Shown here one piece after another: positions 39,291 through 52,675 of a DNA stretch of 64,000 nt. Positions within the stretch are counted from its first letter, which is position 1, and the number at the start of each line of letters is the position of its first letter. The position numbers and the translations under genes were made by a program. The notes below the pieces were generated by a model. That model made no database searches, had not been told where the DNA came from, and saw nothing but the letters and a program-made list of their open reading frames with translations. Source of the DNA: Camelus ferus (taxonomy: Eukaryota); NCBI RefSeq assembly GCF_009834535.1, contig NC_045697.1:45076001-45140000 (forward strand), written 5' to 3'.

Positions 39291-40330
39291 ATTCTTTTCT
39301 TATTTAATTTTTATGTTTTAGGGAAGTGTAGTTGATTTACAATATTGTGTTGGTTTCAGGTATGTAGCAAAATGATTCAGTTATACATTTATATATTCCT
39401 TTTCATTTTTTTCCATTATAGGCTATTATAAGTTATTGAATATAGTTCCCTGTGATATACATTTAATCCTTGCTGTTTATCCATTTTACATAAAGTAGTG
39501 TGTATCTGTTAATCCCAAACTCCTAGTTTATCCCTCCCCCCACCTTTCCCCTTTGGTAACCATAAGTTTGTTTTCTATGTCTGTGAGTCTGTTTCTGTTT
39601 TGTAAATAAGTTCATTTGTATTATTTTTTAGAGTCCACATATAAGTGATATCATATAATATTTGTCTTTTTCTGTCTAACTTATTTCACTTAGTATAATC
39701 ATTTCTAGGTCCAACCATGTTGCTACAAATGGCAATATTTCATTCTTTCTATGGCTGGGTAATATTCCATCATATGTATATACTACATCTTCTTTATCCA
39801 TTCATCTGTTGATGAATACTTAGGTTGCTTCCATGTCTTAGCCATTGTAAATTGTGCTGCTGTGAACATTGGGGTGCATGTATCTTTTTGAATTAGAATT
39901 TTTTCATCTTTTCAGGAGATATGCCCAGGAGTGGGATTGCTGGATCATATGGTAGCTCTATTTTTCATTTCTTAAAGAACCTTTATCCTGTTCTCCATAG
40001 TAGCCGCACCAATTTACATTCCTACCAATGATGCAGGAAGGTTCCCATTTCTTCACACTCTCTACAAAATTTATTATTTGCAGACGTTTTGATAGTGCCA
40101 TTCTGACCAGAGTGAGGTGATACTTCATTGTAGTTTTGATTTGCTTTTCTCTGATAATTAGCGATGTTGAGCATCTTTTCACATGCGTCTTGGCCATTAT
40201 ATGTCTATTTTAGAGAAATGTCTGTTTAGGTCTTTTGACTATTTTCTGATTGGATTATTTGTTTTTTGACATTGAGTTGAATGGACTGTTTGTATATTTT
40301 GGAAACTGAGCTCCTATTGGTTACAGTTTG
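39291..40330 (-). mobile_element. 5'-truncated L1 (~1 kb; ORF2 C-terminus and 3'UTR)
   Basis: ORF 39958-40197 ([28 protein letters not shown]) is L1 ORF2; the 3'UTR resembles the other young L1s; no clear TSD. Confidence 0.95.
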
Positions 40331-40614
40331 TCTCTGTAGTTTGGATCAAGTATTATAGTTTGGGGTCTTTCAAATGGCAAATTCACATCTAAATTGAGTT
40401 TGATAAACTTTCACATCACTAATCTATGCCATGTATTTAAGAGACTGGTTACAAAATGACATGTGTTCTCAATATTCTCAACAATAAGATGTTTTTCCAG
40501 CTTTGTTGACAAACTGACAGATTTTTCTTGTTTGCAGTCCTGCCCCAGCAGCTTTGTCTCACAGGTAATAATAGTAATGCTCTACTCTGAGCATGGAAAT
40601 GACCATGGAAAGGT

Positions 40615-40850
40615 AGCTCAGTATGGTGGAGGAATGGAGGGGACTTTTGAGACAGGAGACGTTGGCTCCAACCCTAACTGTACTATGTACTAGTTGTGTG
40701 ATCATGAGTCAGGTCGCTGCACCCCTTTCCACCTCAGTTTCTGCACAGGTGAATAGCAACCATGCACATGTATGGGCAGACTAAGCAAGAAACAAGACAC
40801 TGTTTGCTAAGTACTTGTGACACGGTAGGCACTGAAAAAGCCAGCTTTAT
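40615..40850 (+). mobile_element. MIR SINE
   Basis: gactttgagacagg-like head, tactagttgtgtgatc, acctcagtttct, cacggtaggcactg. Confidence 0.65.
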
Positions 40851-42577
40851 CATCTAGTAGTGCTTCTCCCTGGAAGCTCAGCTATCTCTATGGGTTCAAG
40901 ATATGACTCATCTCTTTAATAAAGTCATTGTACTTTGGGGCTACAAGTTACCTTAGAGATCTGTTCGTTAGTGGTATTTCACAGACGGGGAAAACACGGC
41001 ACTGAAAAGTTAAATGGTGTAATAGTATTTTTCTATTTTTTTTTTAATAGTAAAGAAATTGGAGGCAGAATCATCACTTACTCAAGTTTCCATCTGAAAA
41101 TGGTAGCAAAATGAACCCTCAGGAAAGTGGTAACAGGTATGAGGCAAGCCTCAGTAACAGTTTGCTCCTCAAGTAAGATAAACCCAACCTATTTTGAGAG
41201 AGGAGTTCCTTCACTTTACTCTTATAATGCATCTGAATGCTTTGGAGAAGCTTGAAAATTATGAACTGAATGTATATAATCAGTTGTCCAATATAGAAGA
41301 AGTAGACACTGGCTGTGATTGAACTCTACATCCCAAAGGTTTTTCAGATCCACTTGAACTATTTTTATCCAAGACGATTACTATTCTAGGAGTTTGACTC
41401 TGAGAAGTAAGGAATCCTAAGCCCTGATTCCCGTGACCTTACCATGTACAGGGGGCTTCATATTCATCTGAAGAACAAAAGAACTGGATTACAGGAATAT
41501 TTCCCACGTTGCAATCCTTTACCACAGCCACAATTTTCATTGTGTACACACCTGACGTGTTATTTGCTGTTTTAAAGTGGTCTCATTTTTTAAAACTTAA
41601 TCATAAATGATATTATCTGGAACATTTGCTAAACTGATTCTAGCTCTTCTAATATAAAGATACCCTCATGACTACAAAAATAAAAGATTCCTGTAGATAG
41701 CACCTAAAATTGTCCTATATATCACCCTGGCGTCTTTACAGACCTAGCAGAGTCTTACTCTTACTCCTGCTGATCCCCAAGTTTGGTCAGAATGAAGTAA
41801 AATTCACATCGACAAAGCCCTTTCTAGTCTCAAGGGTTTAATCTCTGGGAGAACAAAGAGCCACCATCCTGGGTCCATGTGCTTTTTGAGTGGAGAGGCT
41901 CAGGGTAGGATCTCTGTGCTTTTGGATAGGCACTAAGAGAACACGTAGCCAAATCCAGTAAAATTTCCTGTTTAAAATAGCATTTAAAGGATTGAACCAC
42001 CACCAATAGGAAGTATTATTTATTTTCAGATTACTTCCAATGACATCAAATGAAATCCACATCTTTCGTATCAATTATACTGACCCAAGGAGATTTCATC
42101 TGAAAACTAACATTCTTAAATAACGTTCCTAAAAGCCTATGGAAATTGTAACAGCCCCCAAAACAACATTCCTTCAAAAATAAAATATTTGAACAGGACC
42201 AAGTGGAAGAAAGTACATAAACAATTAGCCCTCATTAATGCAGAATGTGTATTTTGGAAAAGATTTTGTAGAGTAATCCCAGACCCAGAGACACGTTTCC
42301 CCATAGACACTGACCTTGTGATTGAACTGGTTCATTTTCATGAAATTCCTTCTCTTCACTAAGAACTTAAAACTGCATCCCGCCATTTCAAATCTAGTAA
42401 GTCCATTTCCTTTTTTGTTTTCACTAAATGTATAAATAGAATCATGCCTATTTTCTACTACATAGACATAGAGATAAATCTAGTATGCACACATATAAAT
42501 ATGTACATATGTCTAGAACCATATAGTTAACACAGACATAGAATGCTTTATTTGGGAGGACTTTTGTGTTCATTTAG

Positions 42578-42920
42578 CCCAGCATCACCCAACTGTGTTC
42601 CACAATTTCCATGCAATGTTGAACAGGTGTTCCATTGAAAAAGGGATCCATGATCAAATAGCTTTGGTAAACATTGGATTAAACAAAACTTAACTTATAA
42701 CACTATAGACGTTTTGATTTCCAAGAAGAGCATATAGCAGTGCTTCTCAGACATTAATATGTGTATAAAATTGCATGTTCAGTAAGTCTAGAATGGAGCC
42801 TGAGATTCTGCATCTCTAACAAACTCCCTGTGATGCTGATGCTTCTGGTCCAAGGACCACACTTTGAGTAACAAGGGTGTCTTCCTTAAAACCTTCTTTT
42901 ACCAGTGAACCGTGCCCCTC
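42578..42920. mobile_element. hAT-Charlie fragment with an adjacent or nested MER5A (42738-42876)
   Basis: cagcatcacccaactgtgttccac...gggatccatgatcaaatagctttggtaaac; MER5A-like gagcctgagattctgcatctctaacaaactccctgtgatgctgatgcttctggtccaaggaccacactttgag. Confidence 0.75.
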
Positions 42921-42954
42921 TTACACACAGTTGGTATTTTGAGATTTCTGGTTG

Positions 42955-42980
42955 TTTGGCTGGCTGGCTGGCTGGCTGAC
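42955..42980. repeat. (TGGC)n tetranucleotide
   Basis: tggctggctggctggctggctg. Confidence 0.85.
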
Positions 42981-43449
42981 TTGTTAGTTGGTGTGTTCGT
43001 TGGTTTGGAAAATAAGCATCAATGATTTTCAGTTTTTGAAACTGTTAATATAACTGAATCCCCACATTTTATAGAATGTCATTATAGATGTCATTTTTTT
43101 AAAAAATCACCCTAAATTTACCTAATTAGCTTTTACCTTTTCGTGGCTTTGCCTTGTTTCACTCCAGCTGTGCTGGGGAAAACTTGAAATCCTATACCAT
43201 TCCAGGAAGGGGTGAAGGAAATAAAAGGACATGTGTCTCTTGTGTTCTACTCCAATAGGCAGTGAAGGATGTGCTCACTTTACAAGTGCACTAAAAAAAA
43301 ATCTTTGACTCTTATAGACAGACTAGTGAACAGTTGTTTGGATTTATATTATTGGCATTTTTTGGTTAGCTGTTTAACCTTTAATCATGGGATCATAAAG
43401 AAAATCATCTAACTGCTTTAGATATCCAGCAATCCAGACACTCAGTCCT

Positions 43450-43600
43450 CTGCCATCTGTTCAACCACCCACCATTGACCAATCCATCCACCTGTCTGAC
43501 TATACACTCAGCTACTCACACATCCATCTCCACCCATCCATTCAGTCACATGGTGGCCACGTGTCCACTCACCCATCCATCTGCACATCCATTCCTTATA
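43450..43600. repeat. Degenerate (TCCA)n low-complexity tract, probably an expanded L2 tail
   Basis: Repeated catcca/cactca units leading into atttgttcaacagtatttatgtggc. Confidence 0.65.
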
Positions 43601-43979
43601 TTAATTTGTTCAACAGTATTTATGTGGCATTGTTTCTTTGTAAACATGGAGTAAAAGCAAAATTAATCTGCTAGCTTAAGGTAGGTAAGAGTCAATTACA
43701 TGTTGTTCTACAAACTCCTAACCTACTTCCTTAGGTGCTAACCTCTCAATCTGTAAAAAAGAGTTTTCTATTGGTAGATTTTAGACAATGGCTGAGACAG
43801 TGCCATTGTAGGGAGAGAAACATGCTGCCTGTGAGCTGAGAGCTGAGCTGCCCAGTGTATTTCCTCAACCTGACATTCCTTCTCCTTCATTCCCTGAAGA
43901 AAGTCATTCAGTCCTTTGTACCACATTTCCTGGTATTCCCCTTCGTGCAGCTCTCCAGCTCACTGAACTGAGCATTTTG

Positions 43980-44310
43980 AAATTGCCCAAATCATGCCTT
44001 TGATTATATTTTCCCTCCATCTGGACTATGCTTCCTGACCATCCTGGATGTCTAGCTCATAGCCCAGTACATCTCTTTCCATCCTAAACTTTTCCCAGAT
44101 CTTCTCTGATTTGTCATCCTGACTTCTCCTGTGACACTCATCACTTTTGACCTTAATTTCCAGTTGTTGTGGTCATGTCTGATCTCACCTATTAGACATA
44201 AAACTCCCTAGAAACATGAGGTCTCTACCTAGTTTATCTTTGCACCCTTCACAGAATCTCAAACAAGACCACTCAGTAAATATTTCTGGAATGAATGTAT
44301 CAATCCATCT
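43980..44310 (+). mobile_element. L2 3' portion
   Basis: ctcacctattagacataaaactcccta...tttatctttgcaccc...cactcagtaaatatttctggaatgaatg. Confidence 0.75.
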
Positions 44311-44509
44311 ACACTTCTGATTGAGTGAAAAGTTTGAGTATGCTGATTTCATGAGTAACAAGAGTTTGAGGCTAAGAAATATCCAGGTATTTATAAAATT
44401 CTTAGTTAACTGGATTGGTGGATTATTACTGCTGAATCTTTTGTAAAATACTTTGCCATCCTTCACCTGAGGGTGTTAGTATGTTTCAGATTGATGGTAT
44501 ATAGTCTCT

Positions 44510-44668
44510 GTATATATATTTTTTATTGAAGTATAGTCAGTTTACAGTGTTGTGTCAATTTTTGTTGTATAGCACAATGCTTCAGTCATACATGAATATA
44601 CATATATTCATTTTCATATTCTTTTTCACCATAAGTTACTACAAGATATTGAATATAGTTCCCTATGC
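44510..44668 (-). mobile_element. Short young L1 3' end with degenerate TSD
   Basis: ttttattgaagtatagtcagtttacagtgttgtgtcaatt...acaagatattgaatatagttccctatgc; flanks ttgatggtatatagtct (44491) / ttgatggtttagtct (44669). Confidence 0.92.
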
Positions 44669-45044
44669 TTGATGGTTTAGTCTTGATTTAATTAAAGTAT
44701 TGACTTTCTGGAGCATAGCTATTAAAATAATATATCCTTACTCCTATATGTATTAATTCTAACACTATTTATTTTTTCCCCTAAAACTTTTCTGCTATTA
44801 ACAGGTCAATTCATTGTCAAAATTTGTAAAGAATGACATGGAATTGTGGTTTGAAACTTACTATCCACTGACAATTTCTGCTGTTCCCTGTGGCTGTCAG
44901 ATCACTTGGAGATGCAAAGTCTCTTTACCATCAGCAGAATTTTTGCCTACTCTTTTCTGTTTAAGAAAATGATTATAGCTTTTGTTGTTCCTGCTGTTCA
45001 TTCCTTTTCCTTGTTGTAAGCACTGTATGAATCATGAAAAAGAT

Positions 45045-45100
45045 AGACAGAGAGAGAAAAAGAGAGAGAGAGAAAGGGGGAGAGAGAGAGAGAGAGAAGA
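45045..45100. repeat. (GA)n purine microsatellite
   Basis: Pure purine GA-repeat tract. Confidence 0.9.
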
Positions 45101-46979
45101 AAATGACTCAGCTGGAGTTCAAACTTGTAGACTACAGAATTGTCCCGAGGCTGGAAACAAAAGTGAATTTGTGTTAAAACTCTTACTTTCCAGCAAGCAT
45201 ATCTCTTTAAGATGTAGGCTGACACTTCGTGTCCTCCCCTCAGCGTCTTTGCTAACCTGTGTGATTGTGTTGAGGTAGAACTAGATTATTTCTTGTTTTT
45301 TCCCCCTTTATCATGAAACTTTTGGAATTTTACAATGCCCGTGTTGAAAATTATCTAATATACATGTTCTTTTGCTTTGGTGATTGAAAAACATAAAGAG
45401 GGTTTGATTAATACTGATTTGGTTGTTGATGTAAATTAACCCGGACCTTTTCAGACCGTGAGTGGAACTGGTCCGCTCTGAGGGACGGAGCTGCTGCCAC
45501 AAATCCCCAGGCCTTGTGACTTAGTTGCCTATACTTTGTCAGCCCTGTCAACTGAATGGACTTCTTTAATTTGAAAGGAACCATTTCATTCTGGTGACAA
45601 CGAGCAACCATATTTAAAGCACATATAAAACCTTCCCGTGGTGTCCCCTGACAGAGTCACCCTTGTTTCTCTGCTTCTGCCAGGCTGCCGCTGGCCTGGG
45701 GCCATCTGACCACCAGGAATGGAGCTGTGACTTTAGGCCCTTCATAAAAGAAGAGCAAAAGAAAAAAGAACAAAAAAAGTAAATGTCAGCCAAAGAGCAG
45801 TTTTCCCTTTCTCAAACCTTGAACTAGACAAATGTTTGGACACGCTTTTTAATTTCCAACAGTCCTGAAGGGCGCTTTTCTTCAGTGCTTGGGAATGGGT
45901 CCTCTGATACTTACTGAGGTCCCCTCTGCCCTGCCTCCCTTTGGAAGCATCCTTTGCCACCAGCATCCTCCACTGAAGGGAGGATGTCTCCCCCACTCTC
46001 TCTGTCAGCTGCCCAGGATAGAGCGCCACTGAGAGATGGCCCCCAAGGGAGACTGAGTGTAACCACTTCCCTTTGTTGGCTGTTTCTGCTGACCCAGTCC
46101 TGCCCCTTGGTCTTCCCCACCAAACCCTGCACCCCGTGGGGCTTTGAAAGCAAGAATGACCCGGAGGACTTCCAGCACTGTCTCCTTTGGAGACCTGGAG
46201 AGAGACCCAGTCCATCATTTCTAACATGGTCTTCAGAATAGATAGTGTAAATTCCAAGCAATCAACTTTGCAATGAATTTGGAAAGCAGAGTGTGTTTGA
46301 TCTGGGGACTGTGTGTACTTACATTGAGGAAGTGGGGTTGCCTATACAAAGTACAGTCTGACTGCTGAGTGAGCACTTAACATTTTTTTAATATAATTTA
46401 ATTCTCTAAAGACAGGAAACAGCAGGCAGCTGCTTTGCACTATTCAAGAAGCACTTTGCTCCTTTACAGCAAAAGAGCTGAACTATGAAATGAACTTTGC
46501 CGTCTGAATTGGGGCTAGGTATTTTGGCAGCCACTCAAAAGTCTTTTTCGATGGTGTGTCCATCAGATAGCAAGTTTATGAAGTCTGCTTAGAAATGCTT
46601 GGTCTTATTCTTTGAAGATTAGAACAGGATATGGTGGGAGTAGGATTCCAGAGTTACACATAATTTTTTTTTTACAGCTGGAGAAACTGAGGCAATGAAA
46701 AGAACATTATGCAAGGTCACAGAGGGGAGCCTGCAATTTTGAGAAAATGATCTTCATTTACTCTGTCATTTCCAGGCAGCTGGTTGAAAGCTAATTTTAT
46801 TTTTAGATAAGCTTAGTTGTCTGGGATATTATTGGCCACTCCATCATTGGGAAAGGTGGTGTGTTCTAGGAATAAGGTTAGGTATCAGAGTTCTATCAAG
46901 TCTTAAATTTTGCCTTAAATTTAAGGAAAAAATAGATTTATTTCCTTATAAAGCTATATTAACAAGTTCACTGTTTATT

Positions 46980-47455
46980 GTTGGATACAAGCAACAAAAT
47001 TAATGTGACTCAAATTAAGAAGTGTATTTAAGTTATGAAACATAATAAAACCCATCCCACAACTTAAGAACTAGAATATTAACAGTGCCATAGAAGCTTC
47101 TGGTATGTTCTTCTCAATCTCTTTCACTTCCCCTACCCCCTGCCTTCTGCACAGAGGAAACTATGCTCCTGGATTTTATGTTTGTCTATTCTGTGGTTTT
47201 ATTTTAATAGTTTTATATAAGCAGGTATCATTAGGCAATGTAATATTAATTTTCCATTTTATTGAGCTTCATTGAAATGGAATCATATTGTATGTACTTT
47301 TCTTCATTATAGTTTTTCATTCCAATATTGTTTCTAAGATTGATCTACATTGTTCCTTTAAGCTGTGGTCTACTCATGTTCACTGCTGTGTAATATTCAT
47401 CCTGTGACTATATCAAAGTGCAGCAAGTCACTCTTGACTGTGGATTTTTGGGTTT
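46980..47455 (-). mobile_element. Old L1ME-type 3' region
   Basis: cttaagaactagaatattaac, aaatggaatcatattgtatgtac, gtttctaagattgatctacattg, ttcactgctgtgtaatattc. Confidence 0.75.
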
Positions 47456-47516
47456 GTGAGTAAAGGATTAACAGTCAGGACTGGGCTGCTCTACTTGTCC
47501 AACAATCTCTCCAGGT

Positions 47517-47780
47517 CAGTGGCTTTCAAAAAAAATTTTTTTTTTACTCTTATCAAGAATAAATACTTTATATTGCACCTCAGTACACATTCAGATATAC
47601 ATAATTGAAACAAAGTTTAATAAAAGAATACTATTTTTACCATGTGTGATGTAATCTAATATTTCTATTCTAGTCCATTCTATTTCATAGAACTTTTTAA
47701 TACTTAGCTAGCCTTTGATGAGGTCCATCAAACTAATTTTATTACCCTGTGTATTGAAGATCACAATTTGAAAAACACTG
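47517..47780. mobile_element. Complete non-autonomous hAT-Charlie MITE
   Basis: 14-bp TIRs cagtggctttcaaa / tttgaaaaacactg (12/14); 8-bp flanks ctccaggt / ctctaagt (6/8), resembling the hAT NTCTAGAN target. Confidence 0.85.
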
Positions 47781-49094
47781 CTCTAAGTCTTGCAGCAAAG
47801 AACGAATTAGTAGGTCAAATAGTATCGCATGCTTATTTTTAATGTTATGAATTTTATTGGGGTCAGGAAAAACAATATAGCAAAATCCATATAACACTAA
47901 TGCACAGTACTCTTTATGATGACTATAATTGTAAGATTTTGTCCCCCATATCAATAAAGCTTCCTTAGTGAAATTAAAAAAAAAAAATCCACAAACTTAA
48001 ACACTTCTAGAAGTCTTTTTATGGAAACTAAATTTTGAAAAAGTTTAGCACAACATCAGAGTCTTTAATAAAGTACTTTTTCATATCACTTAAGAAACTT
48101 TAGTTTTGTGATCAGAAAAAGAAAAACACTTTTTCCTTTCCTTTGCCATAGGAGATGATAGATGGCGTTCCGGATCAGGAGTCAGAAAGCTAAGCACCCA
48201 CAGACCTTCCACTTGTCATCTCCTGTGTGAGTTTCTAACTCTAAGCATCAGGCAAGAGATACCGATATCGTCAGGTCTCCACCTCTCTCCTACTGCACAG
48301 ACATTAGGAACAATTCTGTATTTTAGCCTCCTGAAGGGAACACTGGAGAAGAATCTCTTCCATCTATGCCCAAATTTAAAGCAGCCCTAGGAGCTCCTTT
48401 TTATACTTTTTCAGAGTTGATGAGGAGTTACCATTTTTTATCCCAAATTACAGACATCTTCAAACCCCAAGGGACACAGTTTCTTTCCTGTTACAAGAGA
48501 ATTCTGGAAAGCTGGGTAGATCTGCAACCTGGGTATCCTCACCCAAAGAGGATGGAGTAATAAGAACGGACTCTGTTGTCACTTTCCCCTTTCCACCTTG
48601 CACACCCAGGGTGAGGAACGGGTTAGAGTTTGGGGTCCTCAGTGATATACCCAAGATTTTAGAGTATCTTATTTGTCTCTAGGTCCTTTCTCTCTTGCTT
48701 GGGAACAGAATGATTCTAGGTTGGAAGAACTACTAGTGTCCTCTCCAAGTAAAGCAGGAAATATTTTTAGGAAGAATTTAAAAACATGTTTTTACAATTA
48801 TGATAACATTGGATTATTCTTGGATCATAAATTAGTCTTTTCCTTCTTAACCTTCCTTTCTCTTTCTTCAGAAACTAGTGAAAAGTTAGAAATATTTCCA
48901 TTTCTAGATCTTTAAGAAGATTTTTTATTTTTCATGATCTTTCTTCCTTTCTATAGGATTTTATTAAGGACTTTTGAGTACATTTCACAATAGTGCCTAT
49001 TCCTTTTTTTCCCTTTATTTGTTTGTAAATCACTGGTTGTTTTACAGTTTTTATTTAAGAAACAATGTTTAGATAAGGGACAATTTACATTTCA

Positions 49095-49345
49095 GGAGTC
49101 TTAGTGGTTAAGAGTGAGCATTCTGGAGCCAGACTTCTCAGGAAAAGCCCAGCTTTTCCACTTACTGGTTCCATGATTTTGGCAAGTTACTTAGATACGT
49201 GTGCCTCAGTTTCCTCGTCTGTAATATGCAAATAATATTTTCTTCATGGGACTTTTGTTGACTTAAGCAAGTTAATACATAAAGTGCATAGACTAGTAAC
49301 ATATATAACAAAGGCTCGATTCATGGTGTTCTTATAACTATCATT
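49095..49345 (+). mobile_element. MIR SINE (near full length)
   Basis: tagtggttaagagtgagcattctggagccagac...ccacttactgg...ggcaagttactt...gtgcctcagtttcctcgtctgtaa. Confidence 0.92.
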
Positions 49346-50499
49346 GTTACTACATTGTTATACAGTTATGATATTATATGGTAACCCACTGCCTCCCTCT
49401 CTTGCCTAAGAAACTAAGACTGATTTGTTTGTTTGTTTGTAAATTTGTCTAAAACAACACTTTTTTTTCTCTTTGGGGAACTATATATTCAACATAAATT
49501 TCTGATGAAGTTTAGCTTCACTTAGTTATCCCACGAGATGAAGTCTATAAAACACTTTGCAAATCATAAGGCACTATACAAATGTCAGTTATTATCAGAC
49601 CTACTACTAAGAAAATGTCTATTTTCCAGATGCCTTTATTTAAGAGGTCTTATCGTTCCTTTTGGAAATAAATTTGATGTGATTTGTCCCATAAAGAATA
49701 ATCTTTATGGAGGCTCAAAGATCTTAGACTAAGATTTGTCGATGGCATTTTTCATCATGGGGATAGGGATTTAGATTGTATCAGATTTAAACATATTTGC
49801 AATTTCAGCTTTTCCTTCAACAAAGATATGAACAGATTGCCAGCCCTTGTCTATCAAAAAAAGAAAAAAAAAAGCAAAGCACTCTTGGTTGCAAGAGTTT
49901 CAAAAATAAATGATAAATAAGATAAGTCTGCAGAAACTTCAACTCTCAGGACATTTGATGCATACTTCATTTAACTAACTATAAAACTGTAATTAATTGT
50001 GTATCTTATGAAATTTCCTAGGAAGAAGACAGCCAATCTGCAGACCAATATTCAATTGCTGAAATTTCGCAGACCATCAACACACCTTACATAAGACCTT
50101 ATCATGTTATATATTATCCTTTTCCCAGGCTGTCAGCCCTACACAATCTGGCATTTCATTATCAGCATATAATGTTATATGTTAAATAGCTTCCAGAATG
50201 TACTTGCCTCCCCTCAGTTAAATTTTAAGCCCTTGAAATCAAGGATCATATTTTATACTGTTCATAATCTTTTTTTTTAAATACAGCAAAGTCCTAAGCA
50301 TATAATAATTGCTCAAGGAGTGCTAATTGATTCATTGAAACTCACATAAGCCTACTCTAGAATCCAATGAAACAAATCCATATTTTCCCCAAATGAAAAA
50401 GGCCTCATAACAGAATTTTTTGCATTTTTCCTCAGCCTCTTCTACAGGCTCCTATGATGCCTCTGTGACTTTCAGATACAGCAGTACAAAAGAGAAAGA

Positions 50500-50690
50500 G
50501 CTCCAGTTGGGGTTAAAAATGTCTGAGTTTCAAGAACTGAATGTAAGCAGGATACTTAACCTTCCTGAGCCTCAGTTTTCTCATCGAGAAAATGGGAAAA
50601 ATCACGTCTGCCTCGGTATTTTGAGGATTGGAGGAAATATTTCTACAAAGTGCATAGCACAGCACAGTGGCTGGGGCACAGTGAGAGCAG
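50500..50690 (+). mobile_element. MIR fragment
   Basis: tacttaaccttcctgagcctcagttttctcatcgagaaaatggg...agtggctggggcacagtgag. Confidence 0.8.
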
Positions 50691-50759
50691 GCTGTCGAAC
50701 CCCTGCTTAGGTGGAGGTGTTCCCTGGATGTTTACAGCTGGCGTTCTGAAAGTCTCGGT

Positions 50760-52005
50760 ATGTCCAAAACCAAGCCTGTGATTTTTCCCGGCTTCCAAAC
50801 CTGCTCCTCCTTCAGAGAGGAGCACCACCACCCATCCGCTTAGGCAAACCAAAATCTAGACTTCACACCTCTCATACCCCCTTCCACACCTCCCATTTCC
50901 AAACCAGCACAAATTCGTTGTCTCCACAGTCTTCCCGCACCTTCCCATCTTCCCCAACCACTGGATCAGGAGAAGCTTCCATCACCCCTCACTTGGTCCA
51001 CCTCAACGCCTCCAACTAAGCTTCCTGTAGTTTTCATGAGTGGCTCCAGTCTGCTCATATGACACAAGTGACCTTCCTTGATGAATGCAAATCTAATTGC
51101 ATTTTTCTCCTGCTGCCTGTCACTTGTAGAAGAACAAATACCCGAATCCTTCACTTGGCTGATAAGATCTGGAATGATCTGGTCCGTACTCTGCAGGCTA
51201 TTTTCCCTTTGCCCCTCCAGATCCACTGGGTTCTTTCCCACCCTGCTCTGTGCCCTGGGAGCTGGCTTTGTATAGGTGACCTCAAAGGACTCCCTCACCT
51301 GTCTTACAGCTCATTTAACTAAAGAAAGGTCGGAGATGGTGGGAGGGCTGGAGACTGCATATATATATTAATATATGGTGTTTATTCCCCTGGAGCTCTC
51401 CTTGCTGTGTAGCCTCAGACTGGCTGTGTCTCCTTACAGTCCCAGCTCCTGCAAGGTGTCTCTTTCCTGTAGCTGTTTTCTCTGATGAATACTCCTGCCT
51501 TCCACTTCGATCCCAGGCACAGGGCAGCTTTTCGTCCCTGTTGGCCTCCTTTAACCATTCAGACACCATTGCAAAGGGTCCCTTCATTAAACTGACCTCA
51601 GTGGCCCCCATTTTCTGCTGACCAAATCATTCTTTCCTCCTTAAGCCACTGGCCTTTCAGTTCTTCGAATATTCCATGGTACTTTCCACCTCTGCCCAGA
51701 TGAACCTTTCTCTTTCCCTAGTTAACACTAATTCATACTTCAGGTCTCAGCTCAAATATCAACTGCAAGGTGGAAGCTTTTCCTGACTCCCAAAGTAGGT
51801 CAAGTACCTCCCCAGTATGCTCTCCTACTTCTGTGTAGTTTTCCACAGCACTTATAATAAGACAACAAATACATCATTTAAAGTACTTCTCCACTGTGAA
51901 TGTAGGAATCACGTCTGTTCTGCTCATCTCTGTACCCCAGTTCCCAGCACGGTGTTGACACATGTGGTTCTCAGAGCATAAATGATCAAAGAATGAATGC
52001 ATTCA
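50760..52005 (+). mobile_element. L2 3' portion split by an LTR16-type insertion
   Basis: L2 motifs at 50760-51210 and 51630-52005 (ttcaggtctcagctcaaatatc, tctgtaccccagttcccagcacggtg, gaatgaatg). Confidence 0.75.
51215..51625 (-). mobile_element. ERVL solo LTR (LTR16-like)
   Basis: ccagatccact...ccaccctgctctgtgccctgggagctg...gtcccttcattaaact; similar architecture to 58495-58878. Confidence 0.6.
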
Positions 52006-52299
52006 GTTTGCTAGCCGCTGACTAGAAACATACCAGTCTTTAGGTGTGTACAAGTGGACCACATTCACCTGTTTATTTTGGAGATCCATGTCCATATGCT
52101 AATCATGTTTTGGACAATGGGATTATTTTTATTATTTTTTCCAATCACAGTTTCCAAAGCCAAGCATTGCAAAATTACATTATTTAGGAACTTCCTGGAA
52201 GCCTACTTGCCTCCAGTGACTGTCCCTTTCTTCTTCTTCCTATATTCTGCTCTTTGTGTTTTTCTCAATAAATAATTCCCCACTTTCTATTATCTCTTA

Positions 52300-52675
52300 T
52301 TTGTAGTCTGGAATGCCCCACCCATCCCCTCATATCCATGGGATTAACTCCTTTACCTCCTTCAAGGCTTTGCTCAAATTGTCATGTTATCTAACACAAG
52401 AAGCCTCTTATGAATGTGTCCTTTTGCCGTTCTGGGTCCTCAGTGGCACCTTTCTTAACCACACTATTTAAAATTTCTGGAGCAACCTTCTCTCGGAATC
52501 TCCCATACATTGCTCAGTTTTTTGATAACTTTTATTATCATCTAGCATCATTTATATTTTTATGATGCTTATTTATTGTCTGTTGCCTCTAATAAAATCT
52601 CTGTTATCTCAAGGGCCTCCAGCAGTGCCTGGAACATCGTAGGCCTTCAAAAATATTTGCTGCATGAATTAAATC
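52300..52675 (+). mobile_element. L2 3' portion
   Basis: tctggaatgcc...cctccttcaaggctttgctcaaat...agcagtgcctggaacatcgtaggccttcaaaaatatttgctgcatgaat. Confidence 0.8.

Noticed and set aside
24430..43106. Identical 24-mer tatagatgtcatttttttaaaaaa at 24430-24453 and 43083-43106
   Set aside because: 13 of the 24 bases are homopolymer runs and the flanks do not match; probably coincidental
45742..46261. Overlapping ORFs of 171, 116 and 95 aa
   Set aside because: A GC-richer patch open on both strands; no recognisable protein or exon structure
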